A DNA stretch of 64,000 bases from Balneolales bacterium (GCA_007132975.1 SLNO01000016.1:1600-65599); one strand, 5' to 3'; shown: positions 1 through 10,241, counted from the first letter of the stretch. The notes: a model not told the origin generated them from the letters alone. Numbers and translations are program-made.

Positions 1-21
1 GGTCTTTTTGTGAGTTTCTCA

Positions 22-639
22 TTAATCATTGAGCAACTCCCTGACGGCTTCCTTCATTTGGCCATATTCGAGATAACCGGGCGCATAGAACCGGATATTG
101 CGTTCACGGTCGAGGAAGTAGGTGGTCGGTATGACACTGAGCGGACCGTAATTCTCCTGGACACGGCCGTCATCGACAGGCGTCGGGAAATTCACACCGA
201 ACGACTCCGCAAATTCAGCGACTTTGCGACGGGCCCCGTTCTCGTCCAGCGACACCCCGATGACCTGCAAACCGCGCTCGCCGAACTCCTCCTGGAGCCG
301 GATCAGCGCAGGCACCTCGTCGCGGCATGGCGGACACCAGGTGGCCCACAGATTCAGCAAAACGATCTGTCCATCGAAATCACTCAGACGGATGGATTCG
401 CCCGTGATGTCCTCCAGCTCAAAATCCGGACCCTGGTAGGCAATTGTGGCCGGAAACAGCTCTGCCGGACGCCAGGTGGGGGCATCGGCCATCCTGTAAT
501 CTTCAGGGTCATCCCGCAACGATTCCGCCGGAGTCGCCATCCACCAGAAAACCAGCACAGCGGCGGCCAGCACGGCTGCGGCCATCCAAATCGCTCTTTT
601 TTTGTCCATAATAGCGCGTATTTTACGTCGGCGCGGCAA
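22..639 (-). CDS. TlpA/ResA-family thiol:disulfide oxidoreductase (thioredoxin fold) with N-terminal membrane anchor
   Basis: 205-aa ORF. Hydrophobic anchor AIWMAAAVLAAAVLVFWW is followed by the thioredoxin-fold CxxC motif in LLNLWATWCPPCRDEVPAL. Confidence 0.85.
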   Translation of the reverse strand: MPRRRKIRAIMDKKRAIWMAAAVLAAAVLVFWWMATPAESLRDDPEDYRMADAPTWRPAELFPATIAYQGPDFELEDITGESIRLSDFDGQIVLLNLWATWCPPCRDEVPALIRLQEEFGERGLQVIGVSLDENGARRKVAEFAESFGVNFPTPVDDGRVQENYGPLSVIPTTYFLDRERNIRFYAPGYLEYGQMKEAVRELLND

Positions 640-755
640 GTGTGCGCAAGCTCATCCGCGCCAATACAAGTATTTCAGGGCGGATGGGTACGGCGGCACT
701 GACCGCTCATCCGTCAGCCCCATTTCCATGATACAAATACCCGTAAACAATCGGT

Positions 756-1406
756 ATGCTTGAAGTCCGGGATCTTGTCAGGTTCATCGAGGGCCGGTCC
801 ATCTGGCCGGACCTCTCCTTCTCGCTGCGGCCGGGCGAGCGGGTGGCGTTGCGCGGACCGTCGGGGTCCGGCAAAACGCTGCTCATGCGTGCTCTTGTGG
901 GGCTGGATGCGGTTGACGGCGGCGATATCCGGTTCCGTGACCGCGCACTGGCCGACTGGGACATCCCCGAATACCGGCGGCTGGTGCGGTACATCCCCCA
1001 GGATGCCGCCTTCCTCTCCGGCACCGTGCGGCAGAGCATCGAGCTGTTTTTCTCGTTCCGCGCCAATCGCGATCTGCAGCCGGACAATCGCGAACTTGCG
1101 CGCTTCCTGGATATCCTGCGCCTGCCGGAGACATTTCTCGACAAGACCGCCGATTTCCTGTCAGGCGGGGAAAAGCAGATGGTGGCGGTGATGCGGTCGC
1201 TGCTGCTCAAGCCGGAGATCCTGCTGCTGGACGAGCCCACATCCAACCTCGACGAAGCAATGGTCGGGCGGGTGGAATCGCTCATTGAGGACTGGATGGA
1301 TGGGGACCGGCAGCGGTGTTTCGTCTGGACCAGCCACGATTCCCGTCAGCTTGACCGGCTCACCGAGCGGTCGATCGAGCTGCGGCCGCATCCAACAGAA
1401 GTGTGA
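756..1406 (+). CDS. fetA: ABC transporter ATP-binding protein, FetA/YbbL-like
   Basis: 216 aa with Walker A GPSGSGKT, ABC signature LSGGEKQ and Walker B LLLDEPT. A UPF0014/FetB-type permease follows directly. Confidence 0.8.
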   Translation: MLEVRDLVRFIEGRSIWPDLSFSLRPGERVALRGPSGSGKTLLMRALVGLDAVDGGDIRFRDRALADWDIPEYRRLVRYIPQDAAFLSGTVRQSIELFFSFRANRDLQPDNRELARFLDILRLPETFLDKTADFLSGGEKQMVAVMRSLLLKPEILLLDEPTSNLDEAMVGRVESLIEDWMDGDRQRCFVWTSHDSRQLDRLTERSIELRPHPTEV

Positions 1407-1499
1407 ATGACATTGCAGGCATATCGACCAGAACGCAAAGCAATTTGACCAACTGTATCCACCAGTAACAAATTACCCGAAATAGCACCTTATAAAACC

Positions 1500-2303
1500 T
1501 TGGAAAACGCCTCCTATATCGTGATCGGAAACTGGCAGCTTGTGCTGGCCGCGATGCTGCTGCTGGTGAACATTGCGCTGTCGGTGGTGCTGCGCCTCGG
1601 GCTGGGCCGCGACCTGGTCGTTGGGGCGGTGCGCATGACGGTGCAGCTGGCGCTGGTGGGGCTGGTGCTGGAGTGGATCTTCCAGACGCGGCAGCCGGTG
1701 CTGATCGTGCTGATGGCCCTGCTGATGGCCGGACTGGCGGGTGTGGCGGCCGTGCAGCGCACAAAACGGCGGTTCCCGGGCGTGTACTGGAACAGCCTGG
1801 TCACGATCAGCGCGAGCGCGTTCCTGGTGACCGGGGCGGCGGTGACGGGCATCCTGCAGGTGGATCCGTGGTACGATCCGCAGTACCTGATCCCGCTGCT
1901 CGGCATGGTGCTGGGCAATGCGCTGACGGGTATCTCGCTGGGGCTGGATCGGATGATGGAGGGGTGTGTGCGCAACCGCAACTGGATCGAGACGATGCTC
2001 TCGCACGGGGCCAGCCGCTGGGAGGCGGCGCATGAGGAGATCCGCCAGGCCCTGCGCACCGGGATGATCCCGACCGTGAACGCCATGATGATCATGGGGA
2101 TCGTGAGTCTGCCGGGCATGATGACCGGGCAGATCCTGGCCGGCGCGGCGCCGCTGGATGCGGTGCGGTACCAGATGGTGATCATGTTCATGATCGCCGC
2201 CTGCACGGCGCTGGCGACGCTGGGGGTGGTGGTGCTGGCCTACCGGATGCTGTTTTCGCCGGACCACCGGCTCATGAGTTCGCGCATCCGGGAGAAGAGA
2301 TGA
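1500..2303 (+). CDS. fetB: ABC transporter permease, FetB/YbbM (UPF0014) family
   Basis: 267-aa polytopic membrane ORF. Size and N-terminal pattern (WQLVLAAMLLLVNIALSVVLRLGLGRDL) fit YbbM/FetB-type permeases, and it is paired with the upstream ATPase. The track start is non-ATG, so the exact start is uncertain. Confidence 0.7.
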   Translation: MENASYIVIGNWQLVLAAMLLLVNIALSVVLRLGLGRDLVVGAVRMTVQLALVGLVLEWIFQTRQPVLIVLMALLMAGLAGVAAVQRTKRRFPGVYWNSLVTISASAFLVTGAAVTGILQVDPWYDPQYLIPLLGMVLGNALTGISLGLDRMMEGCVRNRNWIETMLSHGASRWEAAHEEIRQALRTGMIPTVNAMMIMGIVSLPGMMTGQILAGAAPLDAVRYQMVIMFMIAACTALATLGVVVLAYRMLFSPDHRLMSSRIREKR

Positions 2304-2401
2304 CCCTGACGGGCAATGGACGCTTCCCGGCTGCCAGGGATTAACTGCTCATACCGTGCGTATCGGGCAGATGCCCCATCCACCCGTATCACCTTTCAGA
2401 T

Positions 2402-3304
2402 TCACTCCCTGGGCACATCCAGCTCGTGGACCAGTTCGTCGCATTCGCGCTCCACTTTGGCGATACGGGCATCGGAGAGTCCGAGTTCACGGAGCAGCGC
2501 CACCTGTTCGGGGACCGAGCGGCAGAGCACGATCCCCTTTTCGAGCAGGAATTCCTTCTCTTTGCGGTTCAGGCTGCTCAGGCAGGTGACCGGATGCAGC
2601 CCGGCCAGGCCAATCCGGTGCCTCAACCCGTTTTTAGCGGGATAATCCCACCCCAGCATAACCAGCCCGGAGCAGGTGCCGTAGCTGATGGCATCGTCGG
2701 TGAAGCGCGTGTTGGTGACGATCCAGCCTTCATATTCGGTGAAATGGTTGCTGTTGAGGAGCTGGTGGAGGTTCTCCAGGCTGGCTGGGGCGCTCTCATC
2801 TGAATTGCGCGTCATCACCACATCCCGGAAGCGCGAGTGGATGTAGAGCGGCACTTTTACGTCACATTTGACACCGGGTCGGTTGTGGAATTTGCACTCC
2901 ACCAGGATCAGTTTGCTGTTCTTGACGGCAAGCACGTCGATTTCGTGGCTCACGCACTTTCCCTCCACCTGCACCCCGACCTCCGACCGGAACCCCTGCT
3001 GCTCCAGGATGGCGCCCACGAAACGCTCGAAGGGGTAGCCAGACGGACCCAGTTCCATGATCGCTTTTTTGAGCTTGTAGCGGGCGGCCTTGGACCGGGA
3101 CCGTTTGCGCAGCATTTCATAGGCCTTGCGGTAGATCTTGCCCGTGGGGATGCCGTCGTAAAGCAGTCCGCCTACCTCATCCACCACAAAATCGATCTGC
3201 GATTCGGTGGCCCCGGAGCGTTCCAGGGACCGGCGCAGCTTATCCTCCGAAAACGGGACCTTCTCGCCGGACGCTTTTGTTATGCGTACACTTCGACGGT
3301 TCAT
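2402..3304 (-). CDS. ATP-cone domain fused to a restriction-endonuclease-like (Mrr / PD-(D/E)xK fold) domain
   Basis: 300 aa. N-terminal ATP-cone pattern: VRITKASGEKVPFSEDKLRRSLERSG...IYRKAYEML. Central nuclease-fold core: GYPFERFVGAILEQQGF...HEIDVLAV...LILVECKF. Confidence 0.7.
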   Translation of the reverse strand: MNRRSVRITKASGEKVPFSEDKLRRSLERSGATESQIDFVVDEVGGLLYDGIPTGKIYRKAYEMLRKRSRSKAARYKLKKAIMELGPSGYPFERFVGAILEQQGFRSEVGVQVEGKCVSHEIDVLAVKNSKLILVECKFHNRPGVKCDVKVPLYIHSRFRDVVMTRNSDESAPASLENLHQLLNSNHFTEYEGWIVTNTRFTDDAISYGTCSGLVMLGWDYPAKNGLRHRIGLAGLHPVTCLSSLNRKEKEFLLEKGIVLCRSVPEQVALLRELGLSDARIAKVERECDELVHELDVPRE

Positions 3305-3464
3305 ATACCATCCTGATTATTTTTTATCCTATATTCGGGCATGCCTTCGTACTTCTGACCGCAATTTAGGGCAACGGGCCCATCCAGCCAAATACGATAT
3401 TGGCCGGATCAGGGGCAGGCGGGGCAAACGAACCGGAACATGAACCCAGGCACGATCTACATCC

Positions 3465-3824
3465 ATGGCAAAAGACACCCGAACATCGCTGACCGTTACG
3501 GTCTTCATCCTGCTGTTCATCCTGAATGTGCTGCTGCAGATGCTCCTTTCGGGCGAACCGCTCGGGCGGCTGCTGGCGGAGGTGTTCACGACGCCCCTGG
3601 GGCTGTTCAACCTGATATCCGCCACTGTGCTCTGGTTCATCAACTATTTTTTCACCCCGCTGGCATTCTACCTGCTGGGGATCATCATAGCCCTTGAGTT
3701 CCTGGTGCTGCCGCTGATGGTGCGCTACCGGTACATATCCTTCAAACCGAACCTGTTCGTGTCGGTGTTGGGAGCGTTTTATATCTGGCTGGTGTTCCGA
3801 ATAATGGGAGAGATTTTCGGGTAA
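3465..3824 (+). CDS. small integral membrane protein, unknown function
   Basis: 119 aa with several hydrophobic helices and no recognisable motif. Confidence 0.5.
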   Translation: MAKDTRTSLTVTVFILLFILNVLLQMLLSGEPLGRLLAEVFTTPLGLFNLISATVLWFINYFFTPLAFYLLGIIIALEFLVLPLMVRYRYISFKPNLFVSVLGAFYIWLVFRIMGEIFG

Positions 3825-3879
3825 GGCCCAATCTCACGCCTCATGGAATTTTGCCCCGGTTCGTCAGCGTTACGACCAT

Positions 3880-4926
3880 ATGGCACAACAGATCTGGAAT
3901 ATCCTATCCCGTCCTCCGCACGACTTTTTCCTCTGTCTGGATGTTGATTCGTACTTTGATTTTGAACACAATCCGGAACAGATTTTTGAAAAAGGGTTCA
4001 CCCGGCCGGTGCCGTTGCGCAGCCGAGATGTACTGGTAACTGTATTCTTTAACGGGGATGCGGAATCGCCCGAGTTCACGGTGAAGGCACATGAGTCGCT
4101 GTCGGAATCTGAGCAGGCCGAGGCGGATGCGGTGCTGAGGCGGATCCTGGGGACCGACCTGGATCTGGCCCCCTTTTACGACCAGGCCGCCGACGATCCG
4201 GTTTTGTCCTCTATTTTTTCTGAGCTGTATGGACTCAAGCGAATGAGCCGTAGTAATTTCTTTGAGGATGCGGTGAACCGGATCATACAGACACAGATCA
4301 AGCACAAACCGACGGCACGCAAGATGGTCTATGATGTGCGGAGTGCGTACGGGACCCGGCTTGAGTCCGGTGACGGTGTGGTTCCCGCCTGGCCGCGCCC
4401 GGAGCGTCTGGTGACGGCCGATCCGGTGTCCATGAAGCGCCACGGATTGTCGCTGCGAAAGGGCGAATATCTGGTTGGATTGGCAGAAGAATTGCTTCAC
4501 GGGAATCTGGCTGCGTTTACTGAGCAGGCATCCGGCCCCCAAGATGTGCATGAAGGCGGATTTGAGGCTGGTTTGGAGCCGGACGTCAACCGGACGCTGC
4601 AAATTCTCGAATCACTGCCGCCACAGGAATTGTACGAGCTGCTGGTGTCGGTCCGCGGTATCGGTCCCACCACAGCGCAGGACCTGATCCTGTTCCGCAA
4701 CCGGACCGACGGATGGTTTGCCAGCCACATCGAACGCGGACGCGAAAAAGCTGTCCGACGCTGGATCATCTACTCCTACGGCGGGTATCCCGACCACACC
4801 AGCGAGGAGGATTTCCAGGATTTGATCCGGCACTGGAAAGGATACGAGGCCGCGGCGCTGGAGTTCCTGTATGTGAACTGGATCCTTGCGGAAAAGCGTC
4901 AGGGCAAGGCGAACCCTTCCGGGTAA
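3880..4926 (+). CDS. HhH-GPD superfamily DNA glycosylase (AlkA / 3-methyladenine glycosylase II-like)
   Basis: 348 aa. Helix-hairpin-helix element LLVSVRGIGPTTAQDLILF, with NRIIQTQIKHKPTARKM upstream, as in AlkA/Ogg-type glycosylases. Confidence 0.65.
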   Translation: MAQQIWNILSRPPHDFFLCLDVDSYFDFEHNPEQIFEKGFTRPVPLRSRDVLVTVFFNGDAESPEFTVKAHESLSESEQAEADAVLRRILGTDLDLAPFYDQAADDPVLSSIFSELYGLKRMSRSNFFEDAVNRIIQTQIKHKPTARKMVYDVRSAYGTRLESGDGVVPAWPRPERLVTADPVSMKRHGLSLRKGEYLVGLAEELLHGNLAAFTEQASGPQDVHEGGFEAGLEPDVNRTLQILESLPPQELYELLVSVRGIGPTTAQDLILFRNRTDGWFASHIERGREKAVRRWIIYSYGGYPDHTSEEDFQDLIRHWKGYEAAALEFLYVNWILAEKRQGKANPSG

Positions 4927-5068
4927 AACCAACGAGAAGTACCTGGTGCCGGCTTTTTAAAATCCTGTCTGTTTTTCAGATTCTAAATAACAGCGCTCGA
5001 CCCGATCCTTCCCGCATCGGAATTTGTCGATATGCCACCTGATACTTGATTGGCACCCTGTCACTTAA

Positions 5069-8000
5069 TCAACGCTGGAATCTTGGTGTTGTGCGCTGAC
5101 GCTCGTTCGGGAAGAGCTCATTCAGGCTGCTATCCCATGCCCGGCCGTTCTTGACCACCATAAAGACATTTTCCGAGTTGCGGATGTCCTCCAGCGGATT
5201 CAGGTTCAGTACCACGAAATCAGCCAGTTTACCGGGTTCGATGGAACCCAGGTCCTGACCCAGTCCGATGTAATCCGCTCCATGAATGGTTGCAGCGCGT
5301 ATGGCCTCCAGCTCGGTCATACCGCCCTGGACAAACATCCACAATTCCCAGTGCGCGGCCAGTCCCTGAAGCTGTCCATGCGATCCCAGCTGTACACGTC
5401 CGCCTGCCCTGACTACCTGCCTGGCCGACCGGGCCAGTTCAAAGTGGTGGAATTCCTCATCTGGAACCATGAGCCTCCTGCGCGCGCGGGCATCTACAAC
5501 GTGGCGTGGGACGAATTGCAGAAGCCGCAGATCCTCAAAGATATTATAGTTCTGGTACCAGTAGTTCTCGCCCCAAATGCCTCCATAGCCAACAACAAGC
5601 GTTGGTGTGTAGCCTACGTTGGAGACGCCCAGCAGTGCCAGCATGTCGTTGCGCAGCGGCGCCACGGGAATGGCGTGCTCGATGCCCGTGTGCCCGTCCA
5701 GGATCATGGTGATATTGTGCTGTAGCATGGAACCGCCTTCGGGATAGACGTTGAGACCGACTTCACGGGCCGCTTCCAGCACCCACTGCCGCTGATCGCG
5801 GCGCGGCTGGTTGTAGCTTTTGACCGATGTAGCCCCCACCGCCTTGTGGCGCAGCAGATGGAAGCGCGCATCGTCCAGACTTTCGATTTCCGCCTTGTTC
5901 GGGTTTTCCGCCCCGTAAAGGACAAAGCCGGTGGAATAGATGCGCGGGCCGATCATACGTCCGGCAAGAACCTGCTCGGCCAGGGCAAACACCGACTGCG
6001 TGCTGGCCGAGGGATCAAGCGTGGTTGTGACGCCGTAGGCCAGATTGGCTTCGTATTCCCACAGCCGGTTCGGTGTGATATCCAGCACCGAATAACCCAT
6101 GTGTGCATGTGCATCCACAATACCCGGCATGACCGTCTTGCCGTAAAGGTCAAAAACGCGGGCGCCCTCCGGGATTCGGATATCCTCGACCGGACCAACC
6201 TCCACGATCCTGTTATTGCGCACCACGATGGAGCCGTTTTCAATCACCTCGTCGTTGTTCATGGTGATGATGCGGGCGTTACTGTACACCGCCACTCCTT
6301 CCGGTCGGTCGGCCCTGAGCTGCAAACGCACCGGTATTATTTGTGGATTGTAAACGGCATTTCCAACTTTCCAGTCGTTTTTGTCCTCAGGCTGTATCTC
6401 TCGGTCTTCGCCCATCCGGAAAAGCGGACGCACCTCCTGTTTGTAGACGGCGTTGCCAAGGACAAAGACCAGATGGCGCGCGTCGGCCGACCAGCTGATC
6501 CAGTCGCCGCCGTAACGGGTCAATTGCCGGACCGGCAGTGATGTGCTTGAAGCGGAGATTTCCAGCGGATCACCGCCTGCGCGCGGCAGGGGTGTTACAT
6601 AGATGTTGTGCCGATCCTTGAAGGCCAGAAACCGGAAGTCGGGTGAGATCAGCAGTTCCTCGGCCGTCTCACTGACAACATGGTGCATGTAGTCCGATCC
6701 GTCGGGTTTGATGCTCGAGAGCTTTGTCTTGCCGTCCACAGTTTCAAAATAGAAGAGCCGCGACCCGTCGAAACTCCATTTCATCCTGGGCATGCGCCTG
6801 TTGGCGCCGCGGTTGGCCGTCTCGGTGACGTGGGTTACCTCACCGCTGCCGAGGTCCCTGATCTTGATGTTGAAAAAGAACTCCGCTCCGTGGTTTTTGC
6901 CACGGTTGACGATCCCGCTTCCCTGCAGATACGCGACCTTGCTTCCGTCCGGCGAAATGACAGGGCTTGCGTACTGATCGGCCCGGGTGGTGATCTGACG
7001 AACATCGCCCCTTCGACCAATACGCACCTTCTTGATATGGCCGCCTTTTTCGTCATCCCATGTAGCGTAAACCACAAACCTGCCGTCGCGCGAGACCGAT
7101 GGGGCGTACTCCAGATGCTCCCTGGTCTCGGTCAGGCGCTCGGGTGTGCCGTCCGGCAGCGACATGCGGTAGATGTAGCCAGCCGCCTGGAATATGAGAT
7201 GCTGCTTGTCGGGCGTCAAAACCGGCCATCGGATGACCCTTGCGTCAAAGCGCTCATCCGGCACCGGAAAGTCAAACAACACCGCATCCGCGATATTCTT
7301 ATTTATCGTGGCATTGAAAGGGATATTTGTGACATTTCCATCCTCAAGCGAGATGCGATGAAGCTTTCCGTCAAAACTTATTACAATTTGCAGGTTATCA
7401 GGGGTCCATGCGAAAGCTGGATAAACACCGTGGATGGCCCAGGTCTCTTGCTGGTCAAGATCCAGTCCGTCAAACAGCACGCGCTCGCGGCCATTCTCAA
7501 GATCGCGGACCATTAGCACAGATTGGGTACCGATACGGCGCACGAAGGCAAGCTTGCGTCCGTCATGGGACGGGGTCGGACGCACCCCTCCGCCGGACGC
7601 CCGGGTAACCGGTTCAATGCGTCCGGTCTGCCGGTCAAAACGGTTGATCTGGAATATTCCCTGATGGACGTTCTTGTTGTAGTCGAACGGACCTGAGAAA
7701 CTGTAGTAGACCCAGCGTCCGTCCGAAGAAACGGAAGGCTCGTTCTGGTCGGAGGTCCAGGTCTGTTTTTCCGTAAGCTGCAGCCCGGTCCCCCCTTTCA
7801 CATGATAGAGCCAAATCTCACCGGCACCCAGTGACCGTGTACCGGTGAAATGTTTGCGGGCAACAAGGTACTCGCCGTCGGGCGTCCAGTACGGCGAACT
7901 GAGCAGCCGGAACGTCTCGTTTGTCACCGCACGGCGATTGGAACCGTCCGCATCCATCAGCCAGATATTGTCACCGCCGCCACGGTCGCTGGTGAAGGCG

Positions 8001-8350
8001 ATGGTCTTGCCATCGGGGCTGTACCGGGGTTGCATGTCGAAAGCCGGTCCACCCGAAAGCAGTTCCGCCTCGCCACCGTTGATCGAAACCCGGTATATAT
8101 CCCCGAGAAGGTCGAAAACGACATACCGTCCATCCGGACTCACATCAAGATTCATCCACGTTCCCTCGTCTGTCTCAAAACGGATGTCACGGGTTGGCCA
8201 CCTGTCCCACTGGCTCCCTTCAACTTCCCATACCTTATCGACATTACCGGCCCCGCCTTGTGAGCCCGGCTCAGTGTCGATTTGAGAAGCCGCTGCTTCA
8301 AGTCCGCCGCCAAGAGAAATCACCAAGAAAATCGTAAGCAGTGCATTCAT
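5069..8350 (-). CDS. secreted TolB-like beta-propeller (PD40 repeats) fused to a C-terminal metal-dependent amidohydrolase
   Basis: Signal peptide MNALLTIFLVISLGG. Repeated PD40-type motifs: SPDGRYVVF, YSPDGKTIAFTSDR, SHDGRKLAFV, ISPDGSKVAYL. Amidohydrolase HxH motif GIVDAHAHMG in the C-terminal third. The track ORF begins at a TTG (8359); I prefer the ATG at 8350. Confidence 0.85.
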   Translation of the reverse strand: MNALLTIFLVISLGGGLEAAASQIDTEPGSQGGAGNVDKVWEVEGSQWDRWPTRDIRFETDEGTWMNLDVSPDGRYVVFDLLGDIYRVSINGGEAELLSGGPAFDMQPRYSPDGKTIAFTSDRGGGDNIWLMDADGSNRRAVTNETFRLLSSPYWTPDGEYLVARKHFTGTRSLGAGEIWLYHVKGGTGLQLTEKQTWTSDQNEPSVSSDGRWVYYSFSGPFDYNKNVHQGIFQINRFDRQTGRIEPVTRASGGGVRPTPSHDGRKLAFVRRIGTQSVLMVRDLENGRERVLFDGLDLDQQETWAIHGVYPAFAWTPDNLQIVISFDGKLHRISLEDGNVTNIPFNATINKNIADAVLFDFPVPDERFDARVIRWPVLTPDKQHLIFQAAGYIYRMSLPDGTPERLTETREHLEYAPSVSRDGRFVVYATWDDEKGGHIKKVRIGRRGDVRQITTRADQYASPVISPDGSKVAYLQGSGIVNRGKNHGAEFFFNIKIRDLGSGEVTHVTETANRGANRRMPRMKWSFDGSRLFYFETVDGKTKLSSIKPDGSDYMHHVVSETAEELLISPDFRFLAFKDRHNIYVTPLPRAGGDPLEISASSTSLPVRQLTRYGGDWISWSADARHLVFVLGNAVYKQEVRPLFRMGEDREIQPEDKNDWKVGNAVYNPQIIPVRLQLRADRPEGVAVYSNARIITMNNDEVIENGSIVVRNNRIVEVGPVEDIRIPEGARVFDLYGKTVMPGIVDAHAHMGYSVLDITPNRLWEYEANLAYGVTTTLDPSASTQSVFALAEQVLAGRMIGPRIYSTGFVLYGAENPNKAEIESLDDARFHLLRHKAVGATSVKSYNQPRRDQRQWVLEAAREVGLNVYPEGGSMLQHNITMILDGHTGIEHAIPVAPLRNDMLALLGVSNVGYTPTLVVGYGGIWGENYWYQNYNIFEDLRLLQFVPRHVVDARARRRLMVPDEEFHHFELARSARQVVRAGGRVQLGSHGQLQGLAAHWELWMFVQGGMTELEAIRAATIHGADYIGLGQDLGSIEPGKLADFVVLNLNPLEDIRNSENVFMVVKNGRAWDSSLNELFPNERQRTTPRFQR

Positions 8351-8455
8351 CTGTTTCAATCAATTAAATTTATAAAGACAGAATGATCTCACATGTCAGA
8401 ATCCTATCATACAGCTGTGTGCCAATCGCGGGCTGCCATGTTCGATTCATATCTG
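8348..8455. repeat. copy D (most divergent) of a ~100-nt intergenic repeat family
   Basis: CATCTGTTTCAATCAATTAAATTT..AGAATG..CATGTC..ATCAT..CTGTGTG..CATG..ATATCT aligns colinearly with the copies at 13369, 26751 and 26871. Its first 3 nt are the reverse complement of the ATG of the 5069-8350 gene. Confidence 0.5.
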
Positions 8456-8647
8456 AATTATTTAGATCCTGTTACAGGGCAATAATGGTATTCGGGCAAG
8501 ATACAAAAAAATGACAGCTTGCCTAAGCATCGTGACCCGGACCGGCTTTCTTGATGTTTTGCGCATTCCGTTTCAGGTCGTATTTTTAGCGAAATGCGGC
8601 GCCCGGCCAATACCGGCCAGTCCGAACCAAACAAATCCTCCCTCCAC

Positions 8648-10216
8648 ATGCTCGAAATCCAAAAACGACTCAGCAACAGTTTCTACGCGCTGCTGGCCCT
8701 GCCGGCCACGGCCATGGGATTCGGTCTCTCCATCCAGATTGCGGCGCTCAGCTGGCTGCTCACCTACCGCTACGGGCTGGAAATATCGGATATCGGTCTG
8801 GTCTGGGCCACCGGGCCTATCGCCGGCATCCTGGGGCAGGTGATCATCGGCATCATCAGCGACAAGGTCTGGATATGGAATGGCCGCCGCCGCGCCTTCA
8901 TCATCATAGGCGGGGTGCTGGCATCTCTGATGATCCTCGCGCTCCCGAACATCGGCGTGATCCAGGCGGGACTCGGGCTGGAAGGCGTCCTCGGCATCGC
9001 CATCCTCATATCAATGATCCTGGACCTCTCCATCAACGTCTCATTCAATCCCACCCGGTCCATTATTGCGGATGTCACGCCGGAGGGACGCGAACGCACC
9101 AAGGGCTACACGTGGATGCAGACCGTATCCGGTACTTTCGGCGTACTCTCCTACGCCATCGGCGCCATTTTCGGCAACATCGTCCTGCTTTATTTCGGTG
9201 TCTTCCTGGTCTTCTTCTTCTCGGTGATCCCGCCGTTTTTCATCAAGGAACCCAAATACCTTGGCCGTTACGGGGAGGATGAGGACGCCATTGCACGGGA
9301 GCTGTCCGGGAAGGACGACATGCCGCAGAGTGTAAACGACGCTTCGCTCATCCGCATCCTGATCAGTATCCGTCCGCTTTGGGGATTCCTGATGTACGGC
9401 ATCTACGCCATCATCAAGCGACTGAGCGGATTTGAATTCCCGGGCTACTATTTCGAGATATTCGCGCTCATTGTGACCGTTTACCTGGTGGCCGAGACGC
9501 TGTTCAAGTCCGAGGAGGGGAAATCCCGGGAAGAGGCCGGCAAGATCGGCTTTCAGAAAGTGCTGGCCGCACACTCCTTTTCCTGGGTCGGGGTACAGAG
9601 CATGTTCATCTATTTCTTCGCTTTTGTCTCATACCGGATGCCGGATCTCACCGCCGAGGGCGTGGGCAGCGTGGTGAACTGGAGCTTTTTCTCGCTGAAC
9701 CTGGTGGCCGCCATCATCCCCGTGCTGGCCCTGGCACCGCTTGCCAACCGGTTCGGACGCGTCCGGACCCACGCCACCGCCCTGGTGATCATGGTGATCG
9801 GCTATTCGCTTATCATTTTCTTTGGACATTTCGGAATTGGTATTTATGATTTTAGATCATCTGAAACATTTTACATACCTATTTCGCTTTACCTCTTAAT
9901 GTTTGTTGTTGGCATCGGATGGGCCTCGATCATCAGCCTTCCGTTCGCGATCATGTCCCAGAAAATCGCCCAGAACCAGATGGGACTCTACATGGGCCTG
10001 TTCAACCTGTCGGTGGTCCTCCCGCAGCTGGTGTCCAGTTTTGCTGTTGGGGATATCGTCCAGGCTGTGGACAACAAGACCATCCTGCTGGTCATCTGTG
10101 CGGTGACCGTGGCCATGTCGGCCGTCTCCTGGTTCCTGGTCTCCGAGCCGAAGGATGAAATGACCGAAAACCCGGCGCTGCTCGACGAGAAAATCGAGAA
10201 GAAGCTGGAAGAGTGA
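8648..10216 (+). CDS. MFS transporter (GPH / SLC45 sucrose-symporter-like)
   Basis: About 12 hydrophobic segments with a long charged central loop. The N-terminal pattern SFYALLALPATAMGFGLSIQIAALSWLL resembles GPH/SLC45-type carriers. An alternative upstream ATG lies at 8594. Confidence 0.75.
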   Translation: MLEIQKRLSNSFYALLALPATAMGFGLSIQIAALSWLLTYRYGLEISDIGLVWATGPIAGILGQVIIGIISDKVWIWNGRRRAFIIIGGVLASLMILALPNIGVIQAGLGLEGVLGIAILISMILDLSINVSFNPTRSIIADVTPEGRERTKGYTWMQTVSGTFGVLSYAIGAIFGNIVLLYFGVFLVFFFSVIPPFFIKEPKYLGRYGEDEDAIARELSGKDDMPQSVNDASLIRILISIRPLWGFLMYGIYAIIKRLSGFEFPGYYFEIFALIVTVYLVAETLFKSEEGKSREEAGKIGFQKVLAAHSFSWVGVQSMFIYFFAFVSYRMPDLTAEGVGSVVNWSFFSLNLVAAIIPVLALAPLANRFGRVRTHATALVIMVIGYSLIIFFGHFGIGIYDFRSSETFYIPISLYLLMFVVGIGWASIISLPFAIMSQKIAQNQMGLYMGLFNLSVVLPQLVSSFAVGDIVQAVDNKTILLVICAVTVAMSAVSWFLVSEPKDEMTENPALLDEKIEKKLEE

Positions 10217-10241
10217 CCGGCAACACCGGACACATCCCACA

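Noticed and set aside
1360-2267. Several Ala/Pro/Arg/His-rich minus-strand ORFs (1360-1764, 1473-2267, 1514-2206) antisense to the fetAB-like genes.
   Set aside because: They are low-complexity antisense frames within supported ABC transporter genes.
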